From NCBI GenBank assembly GCA_964016885.1, contig OZ024741.1:157232001-157296000 (forward strand): a stretch of DNA of 64,000 bases, read 5' to 3'. The translations under genes were made by a program, and so were the position numbers. This document shows, in pieces, positions 53,546 to 64,000 of this stretch. Every line of letters starts with the position of its first letter. The stretch's first letter is position 1. The notes beneath the pieces were generated by a model. The model was not told the DNA's origin and did no database searches. It was given only the letters and a program-made list of their open reading frames with translations. Source of the stretch: Eledone cirrhosa. Lineage: Eukaryota.

Positions 53546-54083
53546 TAGTAAAAAAGAAAAAAAACAGTAGAAAATGTTAAAGGGATATTCTCTTAGAATA
53601 ACATCAAAACATTGATTTACAAAATAGGGATTTCCGCATTTAATTGTACCAGTTTCAGCCTATATGCTTTTTCAACGACGGAAGTGTATAATTCAATTAA
53701 ATTGCATTTTAATAAGAGCAATAAGAATATGGGGGGGGGGGGGGGGTTACATACATATTTAGGGAGAAAAGTTCACATTTTTGTCCGTAATTTTCTTTCT
53801 TTCTCTCTTAGTGCTGACCAACAGTGGAATTCGTATCACGAAATATCAAGTTTAAAGTTTCTATATATGCCTCTAAACATGTATGTAAAAACAAATTTTT
53901 TTCAAAATATTCTTATTATTCTTATTAAAATGCAATTTAATTGCATTATACACTTCCGTCGTTGAAAAAGCGTATAGGCTGAAACCAGTATAATTAAATG
54001 CGGAAATTCATATTTTGTAAATCAATGTTTTGATGTTATTCGGAGAGAAAATCCCTTTAGCATGTTTTTTTCTTTTTTACTAT
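53546..54083. mobile_element. Small ORF-less fold-back element (arms ~53546-53730 / 53906-54083) with U3-A8 hammerhead-like motifs
   Basis: TA-flanked reverse-complement arms. The + arm reads ttccgtcg-TTGAAAA-AGC gtatag GCT-GAAA-CCAG-TA...gcggaa at ~53954-54005. Confidence 0.7.
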
Positions 54084-54120
54084 ATATATATATATATATA
54101 TATAATAATATAATAATAAT

Positions 54121-55188
54121 GATAATAATAGGCTGCCCGTTGCAAATGGTGGGGCATATGAAAAAGTAAGTCCTTCATCAGTGACCCTCCAACCGTCCCA
54201 GGCATTTCATCGCTTTAAGGGCCATATGCCTCAGGTTGGTGCGAACAACGGCTAAAAAAAGTCGTTGGGACACGTAAACAAAGGGGACGCCAGGGTAACA
54301 AACAAAAAGGTTTAAACAACGGAAAGTGAGAAGAAATAGACAAGTCCCAAATCTCTATGAATATAAACTCGGTGAAATCGTGAACAAGAGACAAAAGACC
54401 ATCAAACCTGGTTGAAATGTGAGCAAGGAAAGAATTTCGCACAAGTCTGACGGGGGGGAAAAAAGAGAGAAGAAGAAGAAGAAGAAGAAGAAGATAAAGG
54501 GGTCTGGTCTACGAATTCGGTAAACATAAGTTTTGTGAAGTCGCAGACGAAAGAGAGAGAGAGAAAAAAATTTCCATACCAGCTTGGTCAAGACCGCGCG
54601 AGAAAAGAATTACACACAGGTCAAACTTGAAGGAGGAGGAGGAAAGAGGAGGAGGAGAGGTAGTGACAGAGAATGAGTGAGTGAAAGTTGAGGAGGAGGC
54701 TAACAGAGAGAGAGACTGCTAGAAAGGGTAAAGGTAACGAACAGACGAGTGGCAGCAGAAGAAAAATTATGTGTAAATATGATAATAATAGGCTGCCCGT
54801 TGCAAATGGTGGGGCATATGAAAAAGTAAGTCCTTCATCAGTGACCCTCCAACCGTCCCAGGCATTTCATCGCTTTAAGGGCCATATGCCTCAGGTTGGT
54901 GCGAACAACGGCTAAAAAAAGTCGTTGGGACACGTAAACAAAGGGGACGCCAGGGTAACAAACAAAAAGGTTTAAGCAACGGAAAGTGAGAAGAAATAGA
55001 CAAGTCCCAGATCTCTATGAATATAAACTCGGTGAAATCGTGAACAAGAGACAAAAGACCATCAAACCTGGTTGAAATGTGAGCAAGGAAAGAATTTCGC
55101 ACAAGTCTGACGGGGGGGAAAAAGAGAGAAGAAGAAGAAGAAGAAGAAGAAGAAGAAGAAGAAGAAGAAGAAGAAGAAGAAGAAGAAG
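54121..55188. repeat. Near-identical direct duplication, period 660 bp (54121-54490 = 54781-55150), each copy ending in (GAA)n
   Basis: Line-by-line comparison shows only two substitutions that I could see, plus different GAA copy numbers. Confidence 0.9.
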
Positions 55189-55829
55189 ACATATTAATAT
55201 AAAAATAAATATGCATGTGTATATATAGGGAACAGCTTTTCTTTCAAGCATGTTGATTGTGCTAAAATTTGATCTTTTTAATTTAGGATTTTTCGATCAC
55301 TGATAAGTATGTGAATAAGATACCACTAATATCATTATGATTCTGAAGATGGGGTTGTGAAGGTCTTGAAACAGTCTTCCAAACCAAACAAAGAACTAAT
55401 AAGGAAATGTGAAAAAACTTTTAATAAAAAAAGATCGAATTTGAGGACAATTGTGTTCTCACAACAACATAGATATGTGTGTATGTGTATGTGATAAAGA
55501 GAGAGTGTGTGTGTGTGCATATGTGCAGACATGTGTGTAATAAATGAAAAAAATGTGTTGACATGTGAGTGTGTAATAAATGAAAAAAAATTAGAAAATT
55601 TGTAAGATGACTAATAATTCCATTCCCAAACTCAAACTAAGGCGTGCAATAAACTATGTATGAAAAAAACAATATCAGGCTGAAATTAACAACAACGAAC
55701 ATATATTAAAATAACAACACACTTATTAAAACAACAAAACAACAATAATCTAACAAACCTATAACATTTCTGTCATTCTTCTCTACAGCAATCACTAGAG
55801 CAAGATTTTTCAAACTGAATTTCAAAGGA

Positions 55830-56140
55830 GGTGTAGCTCTAACTAAAGGGTAGGTAACTTCAGGATAGGTAACTCTGCAGTAGATAACTAGCTGTGTATA
55901 GGTCTAATCTAGATAACTTTAGGTGTAGGTAACCTCATGGTAGGTAACTTCAAGGTAGGTAACTCAATGTATAGGTATCTTCAGGGTAGGTAACTCATAG
56001 CGAGGCATCTCTGGAGTATGTAACTTCAGGGTAAATCACTTGAAGGGGAGTTGTCTTCTTGGATGTGTAAATGCCTGGGTAGATAAATCTGGCATAGGTA
56101 CCTTCTATAAATAACTTGGAGGTAGGTAACTCTGGAATAA
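55830..56140. repeat. Degenerate ~15-20 nt tandem repeat (GGTAGGTAACT core)
   Basis: Repeated TAGGTAACT variants. Confidence 0.7.
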
Positions 56141-56222
56141 ATAACAAATCTTCCATCTGGAAGATAAAGCAGAGGGGGGAAGCATGGAGGGGTAAGGGAG
56201 GAAAGAGGCAAAGAATATAAAT

Positions 56223-56740
56223 TACCGTATATACTCAAATATAAGCCAAGAAATATGTGACGAAAAAAGATTAGTAGTAAAGTGAGTGTGGTGACTTATA
56301 TTTGAGATCAATATTTTGCCGATTTTCACCAACTTCAAAATTCAACGTAAATAAGGTGCTAAAATATTTTTGTTTTGGAGATGAATATTACAGCAGTTTT
56401 ACTTTGGATGTAAAATTCATATTTCCTATTAGTTTTCATATGTTTTGAATGAAAAATACCTTTAAAATGGTCGGAATTTGCTGAAAAATCATTATGTAAT
56501 GGATTTGTTAAACAAAAACTATACTCTTAATGACACTTAAAACATTCTAAATATCTAAATATCAAAACTTTATTCTCCATTCATGAGAATTTAAAAATTT
56601 AAAAACTGTACCATCTAAACATAGTGTGTTGATTACCTGCCTCTGCTTAGAAACAGGGTTTGGATTGTTGCCTATTTCTCAGACATAAAATAGGGGGTTG
56701 GCTTATATTCAGATCAACTTATATTTAAGTATATACGGTA
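56223..56740. mobile_element. pogo-type MITE
   Basis: TACCGTATATACTCAAATATAAG ... CTTATATTTAAGTATATACGGTA terminal inverted repeats. Confidence 0.8.
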
Positions 56741-56899
56741 GTAGCTGCTCATAAAAACTGTCACATTTACTTATATAATAAATGTTTAAAATTTGTTTTA
56801 AAATCATTTGATTTTCGATGCATAATTAATTATTTTTTATCAACTTTACAGTAGAAGAGGTGAGATGATGGAATATATTCTCTAAAATCCGGTCACTCT

Positions 56900-57160
56900 C
56901 CAACAGGTTTGCGGTCGGACAGTGGAGACTTCTGGTGTCCTTGGCCCTAGGGCTACCTCCCTACTCACCACCATAGGCACTGAGCTGGCCAGCTGCAGGT
57001 GTGAGCCTTGTAAGTTGGAATGGCTCTTCCAGCACGTCTCCCTTGCCGTCCTCCAAGGAAACGCCTTCTCCATTCTGTCCGCCAGGGCTGTGGGGAGGCC
57101 ACCAATATGATTGACTGACTTGTCATTTTATCAGTCAACCTGCTATTTGTTTCAATATAT
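56900..57160 (+). mobile_element. CRE-like (restriction-like endonuclease) non-LTR element 3' fragment
   Basis: ETSGVLGPRATSLL..IG..WLFQHVSLAVLQGNAFSIL fits the ExxG..G..A / QR.S.A.QRGNA C-terminal signature. Confidence 0.7.
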
Positions 57161-57414
57161 CTATTTGTTTCTTTCTATACCCCCTTCTCGCCCTAATCAG
57201 AAAGATTCTCTAAAAAAGGAGTAATACTGTACAAAATGTTTGGGAACCACAATGAAAGTGGGAAAAGGAAAATTAAGTTTGGAAAACTTTGCTCTAGAAC
57301 ATGCAAAATGTTTTACAAGTTTCACGAACATAGTGGGATTATACAAATAAAAATACTAAAAACACTAAATAAAACTAGTAAAATTAAAAAGAAAAAACAT
57401 GAGTGTTAGGTCAC

Positions 57415-57475
57415 CTAACGGCTTCGGGTATGTTGCCCTTACTGTTGGCAGAGAGGGAACTCCTTCGCAGCATAT
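57415..57475 (-). CDS. Probable internal exon of the same gene (MLRRSSLSANSKGNIPEAV)
   Basis: Long polypyrimidine tract plus acaacag acceptor, donor gtgacc. 61 nt, phase 2 out (AG+G=Arg), which fits the 46620 exon. Confidence 0.55.
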
Positions 57476-57705
57476 CTGTTGTAAAGAGGAGCAGGTGGTG
57501 AAGGAAGAAGAAAGATTTAGTTGAAATTCAGAGTTAATATGTAACAATAAGGATGAATGTAGCAATGCTAAATGTATATAACAAATAACTTTATATTTTG
57601 ATGTCCCATGAAGGACAAAAGAGTTAGATAACAATTATAAACATTATCTTGTTATATTCGTTTGATTTGAGTGATAAATAGTGTTTTAATACTTCTGATA
57701 ATTAT

Positions 57706-57775
<70 letters not shown>

Positions 57776-57934
57776 TGTATGTTTGCATGTATGTATGCAT
57801 GTATGCATGTGTGCATGTGTGCGTGTGTGTGTGTAACTCCCTTTTATAATCTTCTGAGACTTGGACAACATATCATTGTCACCTCAAAGCTTTGGAAAGA
57901 TTTCAACAAGCTTTCCCTAGAAAGATCCTAAACA

Positions 57935-58270
57935 TGAAATGGCAGTCTCTAACAATCTGATGCATTGGGGTGGGTACTTTAAAAGGATGGAGGATAAGGT
58001 GTTACCTAAGCAGTTGCTTAACAGAAAGTTGTAACATCTTATACACCGGAGACATAAGAAACATTATAGGGCAGTCTTCAAAATCAACCCCAAGGCTCTT
58101 AGTCTAGATATTGGAGACTGGGAACAGATGACAGAAAATTGATCGCTTTAGAAAAAAGTGATCTGTGATGGTTGTAAAGCATTTGAAACATGGAAAATCA
58201 AACACTCCATCTTAAACAGGATCGAACCTCAATCCCAAACACTTTCAATCTGAACATGTTTGTAACATCT
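57935..58270 (+). mobile_element. Highly degenerate RTE/BovB-like 3' fragment
   Basis: RMEDKVLPKQLL and DWEQMTEN.SL remnants. Confidence 0.55.
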
Positions 58271-58676
58271 GCAAATAATCATAGGGTGATTCCAAAGCAA
58301 CCTAAAGGTAATTTGTGACAATTCTGTGATGAATTATGGGGACCAGAAACATGTCTGAAAGGTCATATAAGACTGCACAAAGACCAGGATAATGTCAACA
58401 TCAAAGACATGTCATTTGTTTATCACATGAAAAAACACTTGCAAAAGTGAAGCTGGAAGCTGGACACCTGAAGAACCACATGCAGGACATGGACACACAT
58501 TACAAAATGTTTCTGCAAAGAATTAGCAATCACCATATATATACGTTGATTAAAATAGTCAAATATAAGCGATCCTAGACTGATATGTTTTACAACAATG
58601 AAACACGTGTCAGTGTTATTCAATAAATGTTATTCCCAATCTTCTGGATTGTGATGTTTTAAATAATAATTTTGTA

Positions 58677-58717
<41 letters not shown>

Positions 58718-58816
58718 CAGTAATATATCCAAGAAAGCAGTTACATTTGCTGTAAAAAAAAGGAAATTGAATGAGAGAAAGTGTGATATATATAAGTGTG
58801 TGCGTATGTGTATATA

Positions 58817-58905
<89 letters not shown>

Positions 58906-60196
58906 GAATATATATTATATATAGAAATGACTTCTACTTGACTAGAACTGTTTCTGTTTCATTAGAATGAAATCACATAGAAGTCATTTCTGTAGAAAAT
59001 AAAGATGCTTATACTCTACCATCGTTTTGTGTACCTTCTTTAATGGAATCTACCTATTATATATATATATCATCATCATCATCACTGTTTAACATCCATT
59101 TTTCCATGCTAGCATGAGTCAGACGATTTGTCCCATTAAGAGACAAGCAAGGTCAGATGACCAAGTCTTGCTCATACAGAATTGATTTTGGCTTGGTTTC
59201 TATGGCTGGACGCCCTTCCTAATTCCAAACATATTTACAGTGTGTACTGGGCACCTTTGTCGTGTCACCTTTATGACCACTTTACAGTGTGAGCTGGGTG
59301 CTTTTTGTAATGACATCTACATGAACCCTTTGCACACACACACGCACACACACATATATATATATTTGTGTGCGTATGCATGTAAGTATATATGACTGAA
59401 CCTAGATACCTATACATCATTATACTTTTGTGTTTTTTCTAGCACAACTTCCCTCCAGTTAGTGTGTTCTTTTTTCATCTACTCAGTGAGGTTCAGTATT
59501 TTGTGTATATATATCATCATCATCAACATTTAATGGCTGTTTTCTCTACTAGCAAGAGTTGGATGAGTAACAAACGAAATCGGTACTTAATTAGAGCCAC
59601 TGATCTCTCTTGCATTTTGTCATGGCACCAGCATGAGGGAGGTCATCAGATCTTTGACACAACCAAAGAGTTCACCTTATCCTTTGTTTGGCAGATCCTC
59701 TATAGCACGATGCTCTTTTTATCACCAACCACTTTACAGAGTACTAGGTGCATTTTATCATGTCACCAACACTAGAGAGGTTGTCACACCCATAATACAA
59801 CTGAAGAATCCTCTTGACCAATTTTTAACATAGTTTCTATACTTGGATGTCCTTCCTATCACCAACCACCTTACAGAATGTACTGGGTGCATCTTCAGAT
59901 GTTGGGTGCATTCTAGAGATGTTGACCAACACCAACTACAACATGGAGTTTACTGGGCATGCTCCATCATAGCAGCAGAACTCAGTACACTCATCCCATT
60001 TCCCCATCTCCCTCCCAAATCCTCTGCAGCCAAGGCCTATGTCTCTCTGGTATTCAGTATCACCACTCACATGCAGACAGGTATAACACAGCCCACACCC
60101 AACTCTGAGAAAGAAGCCTGCTATTGCCAGTGAAGGTTCCATTTCCTTACACTTTCTCTTCCCAGTTCTCACTCAGGCTAACACTTGTAGAAAATC

Positions 60197-60248
<52 letters not shown>

Positions 60249-60710
60249 AACAGAACAAAGAGGATGTGGTAAGATACCAGGTGGCCCATAACGCACCAGA
60301 GTACTCGATACTTAGGGTAGTAGAGTGGGTAATATAAAAAGATTCAGGACCCAGATGGCTGATCCTCAGCCATTTCGACAGCTAGATCCGAACTAGTAGT
60401 ATTTCGGATCTAGCTGTTGAAACGGCCAGAGCACAGGGTCCTGAATCTGTTTATATTATATATATATATACATATCAAGAGAAAGCGGGAGAGAGGGAAA
60501 AGAAGAAAACAGAGAGAGTAAAGAGTGAGAGAAAGAGAGAATTAAAATTAAACTATATAACTAAAAGGAAAATACAAACATGTTCTGAGACAAGAGAATT
60601 AGAGAAATTCTAACATTTAAACAAACAAACATCAAGATATTTGAGGTCATTAAAAGATCACAGCTCCCTCATAAAAAAACTGCCTCAAAACTGGCCACCA
60701 TGCCTCCATG

Positions 60711-60741
<31 letters not shown>

Positions 60742-61064
60742 TTTCCCAGATCCAAGTTGCTTTCAAGTCACTTGTTACTCTTTCTGTCTTGCATTTGAAA
60801 TACTGCCCTTTGCATTTCTTCTTTTTCTGTAGTTTTCATTTTTTTAAAAACTTTCTCCCAACATAATAATAATTGTTTCTACTTTTGGCACAAGGCCAGC
60901 AATTACCCAGTGTATTACTGGTACTTTATTTTATCGATCCCATAAGGATGAACAGCAAAGTTAACCTCGGCGGGATTTGAACTCAGAATGGCAAGGGCCG
61001 TAACTCAATGAATGGCGTCCGACCCTCTACTGATATTGCCATCCACCGCCCTCATAATAATAAT

Positions 61065-61300
61065 AATGATAATGAAAATTATTGTGTACTGTGCTAAGGT
61101 GCACTACAACTCATCAAAAGTGCATGTATAGTACATAGAATAATGTACAAATGTCAGGAAAGTGAACAGTGTATATGTCATGATATACACACAGATGTGT
61201 ATGGAGGGGGAATATCAAGTGTAGTGTTGGCGAATTTCAGGAAGCACGTAAGTTTTGAAGAGTGCAGTGTCACAACAGCTAACAACTGATGCAGGTAGAT
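61065..61300 (-). mobile_element. CR1 3' end fragment
   Basis: Matches the CR1 3' UTR and tail. Confidence 0.75.
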
Positions 61301-62419
61301 TTGTATTCACTGGATGTTTTTCTCTGCCAGGCAACTCAGAGCCATTCACTATTTGCTTTTGCCAAATAACAGGCCCCTTTCACTTTTGTCTCCTTATATA
61401 CATCCTACAAACACTTTAATCCTTTTCCTCCATCAAGTACAATCTAGACTGTCTGCCTAAAAAATTCTAAGCTCTCTTTTTATCAGCATAACAAGTTCCA
61501 TAAATTCATTTCTTGAAAAACAGCATGAGAGTAAGAAGAAATTAAAAATGGAATACACAGACCACATCTATGCATGTTTATCTGGTCTCATACATGGTTC
61601 TATCTCACAGGAAGTTTCTTGTAGGGGCCACAGTCCCATCATGTTATTGTTACATCTTAAGTGGTTTCTTGGGTGTTTTGATGACTGGGTTGCCAGTCCT
61701 ATCATGAAAAGCCACATGAAATAAAGTGTCTTTATCAAGAACACAACTTGCTGCTCAGTCCAAGAATTGAACCAACAACATGAGTTAAACGTCTAAACCA
61801 TTAGCTCATACACCTTCTTAGAAGATAAAAAGGATAACTGGAGAAATACATCAAGCTATATTAAGATAGAGAGTACACTTAATTTCCTGCAAAACTTCCT
61901 TTGCTCGATAAACTGTTTTAAATTCCATTATATAAGTGTTTCCTGTATTTTAATAACAGTTAGATGGTATGGAGGTATGGTAGTATGGTGATATGGTTGT
62001 ACAGTGGCATAGTGGTATGCTGTAAAATGATACAGGGAAACACATGGCTTTGGGTTTTTGTTTATATTTTTTCTTATATTTTAGTTGGTTTTATAATTGC
62101 TTGAGTATAAATTTAACTATAAAATTCCAAGTGAGTGGTTTGATTAACTGACATGTATAAACATAGGAGTGAAATACAAAAATATAGAAAAATAAGGAAA
62201 GAGAATGCTCCCCATCTCATAAAACATGTAAGAGAGGTGAGATAGGTATTCATTAATTTCACTATACTTCCTCCCCCCCCCCCCTTCTGTGTGAGAGAGA
62301 GAGAGACACAGAATTTAGTTGAGTGATTTGCTGTACTACAAACATCCATCCACAAGTATTAACAAGTGTGACAATACTAAAAGTAAATATAGTGAGAGAT
62401 AAAAAAAAAAAAAGTAACA

Positions 62420-63312
62420 GATCTGGACACAATGCAGCAATGGATCCCAGACTGGCAACTCAAGCCGGCTGTGGACAAGTGTACCACCATGCATTTTGGG
62501 AGGAAAAAACCAGCGTCCACATACTCCCTCCACAACGCTAATATCAAGAAGTCTTCTTGTGAACGTGACTTGGCATTACTGTCAGCAGCGATTTGTGTTG
62601 GACAAAGCACATCTCTAAAATTGTCAAGAAAGCCGAGGGTGCCTTGGTATCACTCAGCAAGACCTTTGTCAGTCACTCTCCAGCTATCTATTTAAGGCTG
62701 TACATGGCTATGGTGCGACCACACTTAGAATTTGCATCACTAGTCTGGAACCCCTATCTTGCTCAGAACATACCTTCTGGAAACTGTTGAGGGACGTGCA
62801 ACCAAGCAAATACCCTCCATTAGGCATCCACCATACTCTGAATGCCTTGCTTCCCTGGGCATAGATACATTGAAGCTCTGACGTCTGGCAACTGACTTGG
62901 TAAACACCCACAAAACTATTAATCATCTTGCCAACAACAACCCTGAGCACCATTTTGAATTCCATGTGTCTAACACATGTGGGCATGGATACAAAGTCAG
63001 AAAACAGCACAACTCCCATGAATTTCAGAAACATTTTTTCAGTACCAGAGTTGCTGAAGCATGGAACTAACTACCTGCATCAGTTGTTAGCTGCCAGAGA
63101 CACTGCATCCTTTGAAACATCCATGCTTCCTGAAATTCACCAACACTACACCTAATATCCCTCCTCCATACACACACACACATGTATATTATGACTCATA
63201 CACTGTTTATTTTCCTGACATTTGTACATTATTCTATGTACTATACATGCACCTTTGATGAGTTGTAGCGCACCTGAGCACTGTACACAATAATTTCATT
63301 ATTATTATTATT
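62420..63312 (+). mobile_element. CR1 LINE, 5'-truncated, frameshifted
   Basis: ORFs 62432..62695 and 62593..62790 match 22719..23216. Ends in an (ATT)n tail. Confidence 0.9.
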
Positions 63313-63589
63313 AAGACTACATGGGGTGCTCTTGGTAAGACAGAGACAACAGAGTAAAGAAAACTGTCTGGCCCTGTCAAGTACTTGTAAGCCTCCATCA
63401 TGCTGGCACCATAATAAAATTCACCCAATACACCCTGTAATATATTTGGGAATGTCAATATCTCTAGGGCTGGTGCCATGGTAAACTGCACCAAGTACAT
63501 TCTAGCATGGTATTAGTGAGGCCAGAATAACATATACTCAGTGCACTCTTTAAAGTGCTAGTGTTGGTGTCATGATAAAATAGGATGGA

Positions 63590-63880
63590 GGACAAGTGTG
63601 ATCCAAGGTGGTTACTCTGACAGTAGCCAAGACATGACCCTCGATGAGTTTGGAATCTATGAGGTTGTGTAAATACTTTGAACTTGAATCAGAAGTAGAG
63701 GACTGCTGGCATGTGTATGAATTGATGGTAGCATGGTCAGGCATACTTGGGATGGATGCCTGACCAAAGCTCAAAATATCGTCATAGGTAAAATTCCACC
63801 GCTATTAATGACAGTGTTGGGGAGATCACGATGAGCAAATCAAAATAGAAAACTCACTCCCAAGCATTGAATTGTCATAC
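63590..63880 (-). mobile_element. Possible CRE-like ORF fragment (region upstream of RT)
   Basis: LIDSKLIEGHVLATVRV resembles the KL..G.V..A.R motif I associate with CRE elements. Heavily decayed. Confidence 0.35.
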
Positions 63881-64000
63881 TAGATGTGTTCACCAATACA
63901 TCTACTGCATAAGAGATAGTTTATTCTTCTACATTTATGTAGTTTTATATATTTTAAGTTTCCCAAAATCCAAATGTATGGTTGTTTAACATGTGTAGGG

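Noticed and set aside
54170-54215. Hammerhead in the 660-bp duplication (- strand GAAA...CTGATGA)
   Set aside because: I could not build stems I-III in any topology.

Overview
AT-rich, repeat-dense eukaryotic (animal) DNA. The SINE families resemble those I recognise from octopod cephalopods (inference, not a search result). Most of the ORF track is microsatellite or transposon noise. There are two convergent spliced genes. On the + strand, the last five coding exons of CIR1 (corepressor interacting with RBPJ 1 / spliceosomal CIR1) lie at 1809-18588 and join in frame through GT-AG introns. On the - strand is an unidentified gene with a 683-nt terminal coding exon (30209-30891) and two phase-compatible upstream exons (46547-46620, 57415-57475). 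The introns hold mariner relics, pogo- and piggyBac-type MITEs, CR1, RTE, CRE and Vingi-like LINE fragments, SINEs and minisatellites. The most striking structure is a set of at least five large fold-back (inverted-repeat) elements sitting in (TA)n tracts at 32.2-54.1 kb. They derive from Penelope-like retroelements: two carry Naiad-type ORF remnants, one a different GIY-YIG remnant, and two have no ORF. Each arm carries an outward-pointing minimal type I hammerhead ribozyme motif, including U3-A8 core variants and one with a ~114-nt stem II. Two sister Naiad copies share the same 3' terminus and the same inverted-arm breakpoint. No prokaryotic system or CRISPR array is present.
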